IMG/VR virus record: IMGVR_UViG_3300042890_002721
Location: 1 to 64,000 of that record
Reading direction: 5' to 3' (one strand)
Length of the DNA stretch: 64,000 bases
DNA from: a virus
Below are positions 17,122 to 26,639 of the stretch, in pieces (within the stretch, counting starts at the first letter, position 1; each line of letters starts with the position of its first letter). Below the pieces are notes generated by a model. It was given only the letters and a program-made list of their open reading frames with translations. It was not told where the DNA came from and did not search any database. The position numbers and the translations under genes were made by a program.

Positions 17122-18975
17122 TTATTCTTCTTCGTCTTCTTCTTGTGATTCTTTAACCACACCTTCTTCTTCTTCTTCAGATTCTTCTTCAGATTCTTCT
17201 TCCATATAAGATTCGTTGATTGGTTCAAATCTAACACCACCTAACGTAATACCTTCAGTTATTGCTTCTTCTTTAGCAACAGTTTCTTGGTTAGCTGTAG
17301 ATTCTTTACCCATATGGATATGTTTCTTAGCTTCAGCAGCATGAGGTACATTTATATCTTCCCAATGACCAGCTTTAGCTTTTTTACCTTCAATGTTTTC
17401 ACCTTCAGTTTTAACTTTAGTAGTTTCTTCAACTTCTTCAGTTGTTACATCTTCAACACCTTCTTCTTCCTCTTCTTCTTCTTCTTGGTTAAAAGATTCT
17501 TTCATTGTTACGTGTTTAGTTGCATCAGCAGATTTTTTCTTAACATTTTCCCATTCACCTTTTTTAGGTGCTGGTGCTTTTGTACCTTTTTCAGTTGATA
17601 CAGAACCTTCTACATGAGCTTTAGCTTCAGCAGCGTGAGATACAGCATCATCTAAATCACCTTCTTTTGCAGCTGGTGCTTGAGTTCCTTTATCTTTAGA
17701 TACAGAACCTTCTACATGTTTAGTAGCTTCTGGTGCTTTTTTAGTTATACCATCCCATTCACCAGTTTTAGCTTTTGCGTTTTCAATATCTTCACCTTCT
17801 AACAACATTTTTGATTTGCTATAGATATCACCAAAAACAGCGTTTTCATTGATTCTAGCATTACCTTTTAAAAGACCAAGAGTTTCAGTTGATTTATAAC
17901 CCATAAGGTGTTTCATGTGAGCCATATCTTCAGATACCATTTTCTTATCAGATGCCATAAGTACAACAGCTCTACCTTCAGTTAAGTTACCTTCCCAACG
18001 GATTTTATAAGTTTCATTACCATCTGTCATTTCGAATTGTTTATTATCTACTCTGTAAGATTCTGGTATCATTTTAAGTGCATTTCCAACACCGTTAAAC
18101 TCTTTTTTAAATTTAAGTCTTTTCATTCCTTCTTTTATTTGTATTTTGTTGTTATCATTATTTTCGAACATACCACCTTTCATAGCTTTTTTATCTAACT
18201 TGGTAGCTGATTTTTTAGCAGTTTGCATTGCTAAAGTAAATTGTTTTTTATTTAATAAAGAAATTATCTTATTAATAGCATTACCATATTCCATACTATC
18301 TGGCATATCAGATAACATACCAGTTTCACTGTATCTATTTAATAATTTTTCAGCTACTTTATCAACACCAGTTTCAGCTATCCAACCACTTATGATTCTA
18401 GCGTTTTTTTCTTCTGGAGTTTCAATATTCTCATCTAAAGCATAAGGTCTATGACCAGTATCCTTTAAATCAGCTTGGATGTCTCTACCTCTAAGGTTAA
18501 GTGTTGGAGTTTGATTATTTCTTTTTTCAGTTGATGCTTTAACTCGTTTAACCAAATTTTTACCAAAGTCTGGACCAGTAAACCCTTGTTGTTTAGGTAT
18601 TACATTAGCCCATTCTGGGTTATTACCCATTCTAGTACTACCTTCGATTGCCTCTTCAGCTCTCTTTTTAAAGTTATCATCTGGTTTACTGTCATATTGA
18701 AGCATTTCTTGACCATTCATGATTTCCATTTCTTCATGATATGTTTTCTCAAAATCATCATCATAATTAAATTTGTTCTGAGCCATTTCTTGTTCATTTT
18801 TGTCAGCTTTAACATTTTTCTCAAATGCTGTGACATCTTTCTCAATAGCTTTAACACCGTCTTTGTTAAATTTACCAGATTCTTTATTGACAGCAGCTGT
18901 TACCGAAATTCCAGGTACTGTTTCCTCTGTGATAAATTTACTATTTAAGTGTTTTTTTATTATGTTTTTATCCAT
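17122..18975 (-). CDS. acidic repeat-containing protein, head-internal/scaffold candidate
   Basis: 617 aa; GxW...A(E/D)AxxHV repeats; poly-E; late motif upstream. Confidence 0.8.
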   Translation of the reverse strand: MDKNIIKKHLNSKFITEETVPGISVTAAVNKESGKFNKDGVKAIEKDVTAFEKNVKADKNEQEMAQNKFNYDDDFEKTYHEEMEIMNGQEMLQYDSKPDDNFKKRAEEAIEGSTRMGNNPEWANVIPKQQGFTGPDFGKNLVKRVKASTEKRNNQTPTLNLRGRDIQADLKDTGHRPYALDENIETPEEKNARIISGWIAETGVDKVAEKLLNRYSETGMLSDMPDSMEYGNAINKIISLLNKKQFTLAMQTAKKSATKLDKKAMKGGMFENNDNNKIQIKEGMKRLKFKKEFNGVGNALKMIPESYRVDNKQFEMTDGNETYKIRWEGNLTEGRAVVLMASDKKMVSEDMAHMKHLMGYKSTETLGLLKGNARINENAVFGDIYSKSKMLLEGEDIENAKAKTGEWDGITKKAPEATKHVEGSVSKDKGTQAPAAKEGDLDDAVSHAAEAKAHVEGSVSTEKGTKAPAPKKGEWENVKKKSADATKHVTMKESFNQEEEEEEEEGVEDVTTEEVEETTKVKTEGENIEGKKAKAGHWEDINVPHAAEAKKHIHMGKESTANQETVAKEEAITEGITLGGVRFEPINESYMEEESEEESEEEEEGVVKESQEEDEEE

Positions 18976-19020
18976 TATTAGTATGTTTTAATATAAATAT
19001 CTAACTTTTTACTAAAGTTA

Positions 19021-20928
19021 TTAGGCTTTATTGTTTTTTGTTTTTATTATAGTTATCACTTCTTCAACTGTTTTACCAGTTTTTTTAGCAATTGTTTCAT
19101 ATATTTTGTTCTCACCTAAAGATGGTGCATTTATAGAACCTTTTTTATATTTAACTTTTAATGATGAAGCACCAGAGTTACAACCACCATTTTGAGCTTC
19201 TTTATTGTTATTGGGTTTAGAACATTCTGGTTGGTCAACAAAAGCACCGCCAGCCCATTGTGGGGTTGTTTCAGCTTTGGTTGTAACGTCAGAAAAATCA
19301 GTATGATTTTTTTTCATCTTAAATGCTGGTACTGTATATTCACCAGTTGAATCAGAACCACTAGTTGTTTCTTTTAATTCTCTACGAATCATTTCTTCTT
19401 CTTCTTCTTCTTCTTCTTCTCTCATTTTTCCAAACAATGGTGCAGTAAAAGCACCAGAAGAAGCAGCAGTTGTTTCATCAATCTCACCAGATTCTTTTCT
19501 TCTAGCTAATTCTTTAGCTCTAATATCTTTTATTTTTTGTAAGGTAGCAGCTTTTTCTTCATCTGATTTAACACTAGGCTCACCAGTAAATCCTTTACCT
19601 AAATCTTGTTTAATCTTTTCTCTATCAATAGCATGTTTAACAAAACTATCATCACTTTCTTGCATTGGATTTAAAGCGTTGGTTATGTTTTTATCTTTAT
19701 CATAGATATCAAGTAATTCAGCTCTTAATGTATCATCAATTTTAACCAAATTAGCATCAGATTCCCAACCTTGTACTCCTATACCTTTTGATAATGAGTT
19801 TAAATTCTCATCAACATATGTTGATAAAATCTCACCATCCATATCAAATTCACCATAAGTATAATCAGCGAAACCTTCTTCATCTTGGCCATCAGAATCC
19901 ATAGGTACTTTACCTAAATCTGAAGCAACACTAGCAAAACCTTTTTCATCTTCACTAGTTAAATAAAAATAATTAAAACACCATAAATCATTTCTATGTT
20001 TCATTATAGCAACTTCTTTATTGAAAGCTATTGTTTCAAAATCAGATGTTGGTGCTATACTTCTTTTTGTGTATTGTTGATTTGATTGGTTAGCTGGATG
20101 TTCTGAGTGTGAATCAAACCAATCACCTTCTTGTAGGTCAACTGTTGTGTCAATACCTTCAGAAATTGATGTTAATTTATCTTCAATTGCTTGTAAGGTT
20201 TGGTCTTTATCACCCATCGATTTCGTAATAACATAAGTATTATCTCCAGAGCTCTTAATTAATGGTGGGTTGTTTTTAAGCAATTCTAAGCATATTTTAT
20301 CAAAAGTTAACCCTTTCTTCTCCCAATATGGTGAAAGTTCGTTAGCTTTACCGTATAGTCTTGCTATAAGTCCTTTCATTTCAGTTTTGATATTACCTTC
20401 TGATTCTTCAGATATTGGTTTACCAAAATCTTGTATTGCTGAAGGTGCATCGGAAGTTTTTTGTTTTATGTTAAAATCTTTACCTTCAGCTTCTTCATCA
20501 ACTGGTTTTAAACTAACAACATCATTTGATACTGGCATTTCTTTTTTAAATGCTTTATCAACTCTAGCTTCACCACCTTTTATATCGGAATCCTCTTGAA
20601 GCTTATGCATTGTTTTAAACTTATCGTAAGCATAAACTAAATCTTGACCAAAAGCGTAAGTACCAACATCAACTTTACCATCTGGATATTTAGCCCAAAC
20701 ATATTGATATTTATTACCGTTCATCTCAAAAGGTTCTTCACCAGACATTTCTTTATAGTATTCAACATATAAAGGGTCTTTATCGATAGCTTTATCTTTA
20801 TCTTCTTTTAATATTTTAGAACCAAAAATCCTATCATATTGTTCTTGAGTGATTTTAAGTGTATTTTTAGTGTTTTTATTTAAACCTAAAAGTTCAGCTT
20901 GTCTTTCAGTAATTTTAATCTTTTTCAT
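19021..20928 (-). CDS. acidic protein, head-internal candidate
   Basis: MKKIKITERQ..., ETTAASSGAFTAP / ETTSGSDSTGEYTVP repeats. Confidence 0.8.
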   Translation of the reverse strand: MKKIKITERQAELLGLNKNTKNTLKITQEQYDRIFGSKILKEDKDKAIDKDPLYVEYYKEMSGEEPFEMNGNKYQYVWAKYPDGKVDVGTYAFGQDLVYAYDKFKTMHKLQEDSDIKGGEARVDKAFKKEMPVSNDVVSLKPVDEEAEGKDFNIKQKTSDAPSAIQDFGKPISEESEGNIKTEMKGLIARLYGKANELSPYWEKKGLTFDKICLELLKNNPPLIKSSGDNTYVITKSMGDKDQTLQAIEDKLTSISEGIDTTVDLQEGDWFDSHSEHPANQSNQQYTKRSIAPTSDFETIAFNKEVAIMKHRNDLWCFNYFYLTSEDEKGFASVASDLGKVPMDSDGQDEEGFADYTYGEFDMDGEILSTYVDENLNSLSKGIGVQGWESDANLVKIDDTLRAELLDIYDKDKNITNALNPMQESDDSFVKHAIDREKIKQDLGKGFTGEPSVKSDEEKAATLQKIKDIRAKELARRKESGEIDETTAASSGAFTAPLFGKMREEEEEEEEEMIRRELKETTSGSDSTGEYTVPAFKMKKNHTDFSDVTTKAETTPQWAGGAFVDQPECSKPNNNKEAQNGGCNSGASSLKVKYKKGSINAPSLGENKIYETIAKKTGKTVEEVITIIKTKNNKA

Positions 20929-20933
20929 ATTTA

Positions 20934-21188
20934 TTAGCTACTTTTGTTGCTTAAGTTATTCTGCCAAAGGCTTCTTTTATTCCAAAGTGTCTTATATAAA
21001 CTAGAAATAACATTTCCAGTTATTTCAACAATTTTATCTTCAAGCTCTTTGTCATCTTTAAGTTTATCCTTAACAATTTTTTCAATCTTAGTTTTAAATT
21101 CACTAGTATTCATATATACCTTAAGTTCTTTGGATATATCAGACTTTGTTAATTCTTCATTAATTTTTTTATTGTTTTGGGGTACCAT
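20934..21188 (-). CDS. hypothetical late protein
   Basis: ORF after TATTTATA. Confidence 0.7.
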   Translation of the reverse strand: MVPQNNKKINEELTKSDISKELKVYMNTSEFKTKIEKIVKDKLKDDKELEDKIVEITGNVISSLYKTLWNKRSLWQNNLSNKSS

Positions 21189-21264
21189 ATTGTTTTATAT
21201 ATAAATATGTTGTCTAAAACAAAAAAAACCCAATCAAGGGCTTTATTTTATTGTGTTTTATAAA

Positions 21265-21984
21265 TTATACGATACTATACTTTCTTGGTTGTATTTTAAT
21301 ACTAGTAGTTGAAACATTATCGTCACCATATGTAAGTCTAGAGAAACCAATCCCATCAATACTACAATCATCCAATAAAATAGTTTCCAATACATCGTTG
21401 TTTGGTCCTAGTGTTTTTATTATAAAGTTAAAACTATGTTTATTAACCAACATCTCATTTAACCTAACGTTTAATTTGACATCATCATTTGTGATTAAAT
21501 CGTATAAATCAACTACTATTAGTGATATCTTTGGTTTAGAACTAATCTTTAACCCTAGGAATCGTTTCTCATCAAATGTTATTGTAGGTCTAGATATTGA
21601 TTTTACTTGATTTTGTCTTATCCCTAATTCTTGTGGAAATACTACGATGAATCTAGTGTTACTCTTAACGTCTACATAATCTTTCTTAGGTTCTACATCA
21701 ACTTTTTTATCAATACCAGTAACAAAGATTGGTTTACCAAGCATTTCTTTTCTAGATTTGTCTGCAATACCATCAATTGTAAAGCCTTTACGTGTGCTCA
21801 AAGGATTAGGTTTCCCAGTCAATTCCTCATAATGTGGGTTGGCTTCACCAGTGTATGGGTCGTACATTGGTATCTCTCTAGCTTCTTTTGGAGCATCAGT
21901 TAATAACCCTTGTGTAGATGGGATTACCTTTTTGGTTCTTTTTTTATACCTTCTTTTAGGTTTTGGTTGTTCTTGATTTTCCAT
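21265..21984 (-). CDS. hypothetical protein, C-terminal tail-tube-like domain
   Basis: RFIVVFP...VKSISRP...LGPNNDVLE...FSRLTYG pattern resembles gp19-like tube proteins. Confidence 0.55.
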   Translation of the reverse strand: MENQEQPKPKRRYKKRTKKVIPSTQGLLTDAPKEAREIPMYDPYTGEANPHYEELTGKPNPLSTRKGFTIDGIADKSRKEMLGKPIFVTGIDKKVDVEPKKDYVDVKSNTRFIVVFPQELGIRQNQVKSISRPTITFDEKRFLGLKISSKPKISLIVVDLYDLITNDDVKLNVRLNEMLVNKHSFNFIIKTLGPNNDVLETILLDDCSIDGIGFSRLTYGDDNVSTTSIKIQPRKYSIV

Positions 21985-22451
21985 TATTTATAAATTAAAA
22001 CGATTATTGGTGCTACAATAGCTGCTGTAAACCCCATTATTTTTAAGACTTTTTGTTTTATTATTTCTTTTTTTTGTTTTTTTATTGTTTCATTAAGTAA
22101 TGAAATTTCTTTATCTTTGTTTGTTATAATATCATTTAAATTGTTAACAACCTTAATTTGTAGTTCACTTTTTGTTTGCATATCTCTAAGCATAGAAAAT
22201 TGAAAACCTACAGTTACATCTTTAAGTGAGTCATTTATTTCATAATATCTAACTAGACTGTCTAATTTTTGTTTTTCTAAAACATCAGCTAATATTATCT
22301 TCGCATCAGATAATTTAAATTGTATTAACGTATCACCATTAATAACCACCGCAGTTACTCTATTATCTTTTATTGAGATAGTTTGTGAAAGTGTTTGCAA
22401 CGACATTAGCAGACATGCGATTAACAGTAGGTTTAATTTTATTTTTTTCAT
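21984..22451 (-). CDS. secreted/coiled-coil protein, spanin-like partner
   Basis: Signal peptide, coiled coil, C-terminal TM; overlaps next gene. Confidence 0.55.
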   Translation of the reverse strand: MKKIKLNLLLIACLLMSLQTLSQTISIKDNRVTAVVINGDTLIQFKLSDAKIILADVLEKQKLDSLVRYYEINDSLKDVTVGFQFSMLRDMQTKSELQIKVVNNLNDIITNKDKEISLLNETIKKQKKEIIKQKVLKIMGFTAAIVAPIIVLIYK

Positions 22452-22719
22452 TTTTAAGTTTTTGTATTTGTAGTTTCAATTCATCTATTTTATCATTATT
22501 AATATTTAATAACGCTTTAGCTTTAATGAATTCAATATTTAATTTTTTAATAGAATCATTTAATTGATTATTTCCACTAATCAATTTTTTATTAGATTCA
22601 TGTAAACCAGTTATTTCAGTTTGATTATCTATTGGTGGTGTTTTACTATTTAAAATAAAATTTAACACCAATAAAAATCCCAAAACTAATATCATTATGG
22701 TTTTTATATCTAATTTCAT
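22363..22719 (-). CDS. N-terminal TM + coiled coil, i-spanin-like
   Basis: TM then heptad-rich segment. Confidence 0.55.
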   Translation of the reverse strand: MKLDIKTIMILVLGFLLVLNFILNSKTPPIDNQTEITGLHESNKKLISGNNQLNDSIKKLNIEFIKAKALLNINNDKIDELKLQIQKLKNEKNKIKPTVNRMSANVVANTFTNYLNKR

Positions 22720-22720
22720 A

Positions 22721-23257
22721 TTAATTATTATTTGATTTGTATTCGTTAGTAAGTTTTAAGGCCCATTCATCAACCCAATTTTCATAATAACCTCTTAATT
22801 TTTGTAACACTAAACTAACTTTGTCATCTAGTTCAATATCTTTCATAGTAGTTTGTATATCACCAGCAGCTAAATCCATTTTAAAATGAATACCAGAATC
22901 TTCACTTTGTCTTTGTAAGAATGTACCTTCAATAATAACATTTTGGTCTATTGGGTAAATCTTGAAGTTATTTATTTTAACTCTTGGGTCTACAGTATCT
23001 TGTAGTTTTTTCAATTCATCATTAAATACCGCATCTCCAGATACTGGTGATATAGTATCACCTTCAATTTCTTTTGGTTCATTGTTATCTATTGGTTCTG
23101 GTAAATCATCACCAGCTTCTAATGGTACCACATTATTAGGTGCCATTTGAGGTTCAGCAATTTCATCAGCTTCAGTGATTAATTTGCTTTTAAAACCATT
23201 TCTGATGATTTCCATCATTTCTTTGGTTTTGTCGTGTTCGTTTATATTTTCTTTCAT
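22721..23257 (-). CDS. hypothetical protein
   Basis: 178-aa ORF. Confidence 0.8.
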   Translation of the reverse strand: MKENINEHDKTKEMMEIIRNGFKSKLITEADEIAEPQMAPNNVVPLEAGDDLPEPIDNNEPKEIEGDTISPVSGDAVFNDELKKLQDTVDPRVKINNFKIYPIDQNVIIEGTFLQRQSEDSGIHFKMDLAAGDIQTTMKDIELDDKVSLVLQKLRGYYENWVDEWALKLTNEYKSNNN

Positions 23258-23260
23258 ACT

Positions 23261-23872
23261 TTAGTTTGTTTCTATTTTATTTTTAAACTCTTGAAAATCC
23301 CAAGCTGGTGATAAATCAGTAAAGTGTCTTTCTAAATTACTTTTATAAATAACACCTTCATAACCATTGAAATTTTCAACCTTTGTATTATGTATTATAG
23401 ATGTCATTGGTATATCGAATTCATTACATAATAACTTAACTAAATCTTTAGCTGACTCCATTTGTTCTTCAGTATATGGTGTCCAATAATTATAACCTCT
23501 CCATTTTTTTTCAATTATTTTAATTGGTTCTTTATAAATATGACCAACCCATGTAATATATTGGTTTTTTATTTTATCTTTCAACAACCAACCATCATTG
23601 TCTAATAATATCACAATACTTTTATCCTCTAATTCTTTATCACCAAAATATTTGGATTGAAATTTTGGTTCAAAGTGTTTATAAATAGAACCAGCCGCAT
23701 CAATTGTAAATGCAGCTGTTTTTTGGTATTTACCATTATATCTATGTAACCAACCATTATAATGTTTCATCTCATTATTATTGGTGTGACCTATAACTAT
23801 TTGTTTTTTAGTATTTTCAATTTGCAAATAATTACTAGATGGTAATTTATATTTAATCTCATCAATTATCAT
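23261..23872 (-). CDS. N-acetylmuramoyl-L-alanine amidase-like (Amidase_2)
   Basis: KQIVIGHT, FTIDAAGSIY, YTEEQMES, TDLSPAWDF. Confidence 0.75.
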   Translation of the reverse strand: MIIDEIKYKLPSSNYLQIENTKKQIVIGHTNNNEMKHYNGWLHRYNGKYQKTAAFTIDAAGSIYKHFEPKFQSKYFGDKELEDKSIVILLDNDGWLLKDKIKNQYITWVGHIYKEPIKIIEKKWRGYNYWTPYTEEQMESAKDLVKLLCNEFDIPMTSIIHNTKVENFNGYEGVIYKSNLERHFTDLSPAWDFQEFKNKIETN

Positions 23873-25122
23873 TGTTTACGTCTGAAAAAAAACTTGTTGT
23901 TATCACCATCCTTGATGTGTTTGTTTGAACCTATCCTTTCAATTGTGTTTGTACCTTTTGATGGAGGAACTGGAACTGAATAACCTCTATTCTCTTTAAC
24001 CTCTTTAATATCTTCAACTTGTATTTTCCCATTAGGTATTACTGGTTCTTTTTTATAAATTGGAACCTCTATTTCTTTTTCACTAACAAATGTTGTTATT
24101 TCTGGTTCTTCAATAACTTCTTCAATAACTTCTACACCCTCATTTACAGCATCATTTGGAGTATCACTTACGGCATCATTAATAGCTAACCAAGATGATG
24201 GCACTTGTGGTTCTATGGTTTCTTCATTTTCAACATCATGTCTCATGTAAACATTTGGTGTTGCTGGGTCTGGAATCCCATCCCAAACTTTCATTTCTGT
24301 TTGTGTTAGTTTAGGTTCTAGTGGTGTTTGTTTACCTTCTAGTTGAAAGATTCTATTGGTTGCTAATATCAATGCTATTGCCAATGGGTCAAAAACAAAT
24401 ATAAGTAGTAAAATCATATAGTTAACAACATTATCCATTGGTATACCAGTTAACCCAGAAATATATTTTAATGGTCCAACTTCACCAGCTACATCACTAC
24501 CAGCTTTTAATTCTAATGCTTGTACATTATATTTACTAACTGAGTCAGATAATGAGATATTTTTAGTATTTAATTCATCAATCTCAAGTGATAATTTTTG
24601 AATCTCTTTATTTGAACCTTCGATATCTCTCCTTACCTTATCTTTACTGTAGTTACCTTGGGTGTTATCAATTCTATTTTCTTGGTTTGTTCTTAACCCA
24701 GATAATTGATTTATTCGTTTAGTTTTAGTTTCAATTATTGATTTATTTTCAGTTATTGATTTATCAAATATTTCTTTTTTAGCTATTAAAACATCAACCT
24801 CACCTTCATGAATCTCTAATTTATTCGCAGTCTTTTGATATGCGTTTGATAAGAAGCCATAAATACCAGCAGATGTTATAATCATAAGTACACCAACACT
24901 TATAGTTAAATAAATTTTAAGTGTTGTTGCTAATTTATCCCAATACGTGTGTAATGCTGTTGTTGTAACTATTTTACCTAATTCTAAAACACTGGCCATT
25001 ATAATAACAGCTGTACTAGCACCAGCAAATAACTGACTAAGACCCCATATAGAAAAATATGCAGCACAACCAGCAACGGCTAATGCTAACACCAACATTA
25101 CATAACTAAACCTAATTTTCAT
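23869..25122 (-). CDS. multi-TM coiled-coil phage protein
   Basis: AAYFSIWGLSQLFAGA, LELGK, ITSAGIYGFLS, EVGPLKY, IFVFDPLAI. Confidence 0.8.
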   Translation of the reverse strand: MKIRFSYVMLVLALAVAGCAAYFSIWGLSQLFAGASTAVIIMASVLELGKIVTTTALHTYWDKLATTLKIYLTISVGVLMIITSAGIYGFLSNAYQKTANKLEIHEGEVDVLIAKKEIFDKSITENKSIIETKTKRINQLSGLRTNQENRIDNTQGNYSKDKVRRDIEGSNKEIQKLSLEIDELNTKNISLSDSVSKYNVQALELKAGSDVAGEVGPLKYISGLTGIPMDNVVNYMILLLIFVFDPLAIALILATNRIFQLEGKQTPLEPKLTQTEMKVWDGIPDPATPNVYMRHDVENEETIEPQVPSSWLAINDAVSDTPNDAVNEGVEVIEEVIEEPEITTFVSEKEIEVPIYKKEPVIPNGKIQVEDIKEVKENRGYSVPVPPSKGTNTIERIGSNKHIKDGDNNKFFFRRKQ

Positions 25123-25145
25123 TGTATATATTTTAATTATAAATA

Positions 25146-25973
25146 CTAATCATTAATTAAAGTGAACAAATCATGTGCATTATGTCTTAATTTTCTAAGT
25201 GCCTTTTCTTTGATTTGTCTAATTCTTTCTTTTGTTAAACTATATTTTTCACCTATAGCTTCAAGTGTCATTGCTTCACATTGTGTATTAACACCAAAAT
25301 AAGATTCAATAATTTCTCTTTCTCTATCATCTAAAACACTAAGAGTTTTATTTATTTGGTCTTTAACTCTTTTATCGATTATTAATTCTTCTTCTTCAAC
25401 TTCACTAGCTATTAATTGAATCAATTCATCACCTTCTTCATTGATACTCTCATTCAAAGATGCACATTTAGGGAAGTATAACATACTTGAAGTGTCTTTG
25501 TCTTTATCTTTGATTTCACCAAATACTGGTTCTCTTTCATTTTCATATTCAAATTTAGCAATTTCTTTATTTAAATATGATATTTTGTTAATTACATTTG
25601 CTGGTAATCTAACCATTCTAGCATTATCGTTAAGACCTTGTATGATTGATTGCCTAACCCACCAAACAGCGTAAGAGATAAATCTAAAACCACGTTTATG
25701 GTCAAATCTAGAAGCAGCTTTTATTAAACCATAATTACCCTCATTAATCAAATCGGATAATGGTAATCCTTGTCCTTGATATTCTTTAGCAACAGAAATT
25801 ACAAATTTTAAATTAGCTTGAACCAATTCATGCATTGCTTTATCATCACCATTTTTTATTTTCTTAGCTAATTCAACTTCTTGTATAGGTGTTAATATTG
25901 TTGATTTTCTAACATCTTTAAAATATTTACCTATGCTATCATCATTGTCAAAATTTACGTATTTTTTACTCAT
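25146..25973 (-). CDS. RNA polymerase sigma-70 factor (RpoD/RpoS-like, no region 1.1)
   Basis: LVQANLKFVISVAKEY, DLINEGNYGL, RFISYAVWW, MTLEAIG...LTKERIRQIKEKAL. Confidence 0.95.
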   Translation of the reverse strand: MSKKYVNFDNDDSIGKYFKDVRKSTILTPIQEVELAKKIKNGDDKAMHELVQANLKFVISVAKEYQGQGLPLSDLINEGNYGLIKAASRFDHKRGFRFISYAVWWVRQSIIQGLNDNARMVRLPANVINKISYLNKEIAKFEYENEREPVFGEIKDKDKDTSSMLYFPKCASLNESINEEGDELIQLIASEVEEEELIIDKRVKDQINKTLSVLDDREREIIESYFGVNTQCEAMTLEAIGEKYSLTKERIRQIKEKALRKLRHNAHDLFTLIND

Positions 25974-26060
25974 TAAAATTCATAATTTCTTATCTTTTCG
26001 TTATTTTTGTATTATACAAATATACGCATAAAAACCTTAAAAGTCAAGGGTTTTAGCATA

Positions 26061-26591
26061 TTAAATCCATAAAAAACTTAAAATTTCTTTTTCATATTCA
26101 CTCATATTTTCAACACCATTATCTATTATTTTATCTTGTAAGTCGTTCTTCTCTTTATGAGTCATTTTACTTATATCGTCTTTGGTTAGTCTATCAGTTT
26201 TTAAAGATTGTCTTAATGGTCTAATATGACTTTTAATATCTTTTGTACTTGATGACATCTCAACATCTTTTAAGAATTCAACAGCTCTTTCATCTAAATC
26301 ACTTTCAGCCATTTCTTTTAAAAAACCAAATAACCCATCATTAACTTCTTTTTTATTGATATTAAAACCAGAATTTTCCTCATTTAAATCAAATAATAAA
26401 AAGTTCCTTTGGTTCAACTTAAAAAAATCACTTAACTCTTTAGGTGTTAATGCTGATGTGAATGTAGCTAGTAAAATACCTCTAGCATCTAATAAATTAA
26501 TTTTAGAATCCGAAACTTTTTCGATTTCTAATTTAATACTACCATGGGTGTTAGCACCCATTATAACTATACAATAATTTCTAAATTTCAT
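26061..26591 (-). CDS. hypothetical protein
   Basis: 176-aa ORF with own promoter at 26609. Confidence 0.8.
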   Translation of the reverse strand: MKFRNYCIVIMGANTHGSIKLEIEKVSDSKINLLDARGILLATFTSALTPKELSDFFKLNQRNFLLFDLNEENSGFNINKKEVNDGLFGFLKEMAESDLDERAVEFLKDVEMSSSTKDIKSHIRPLRQSLKTDRLTKDDISKMTHKEKNDLQDKIIDNGVENMSEYEKEILSFLWI

Positions 26592-26639
26592 AATAACTTT
26601 ATTTTTAACAAAGATACTAATAATTATCTAACAAATCAA

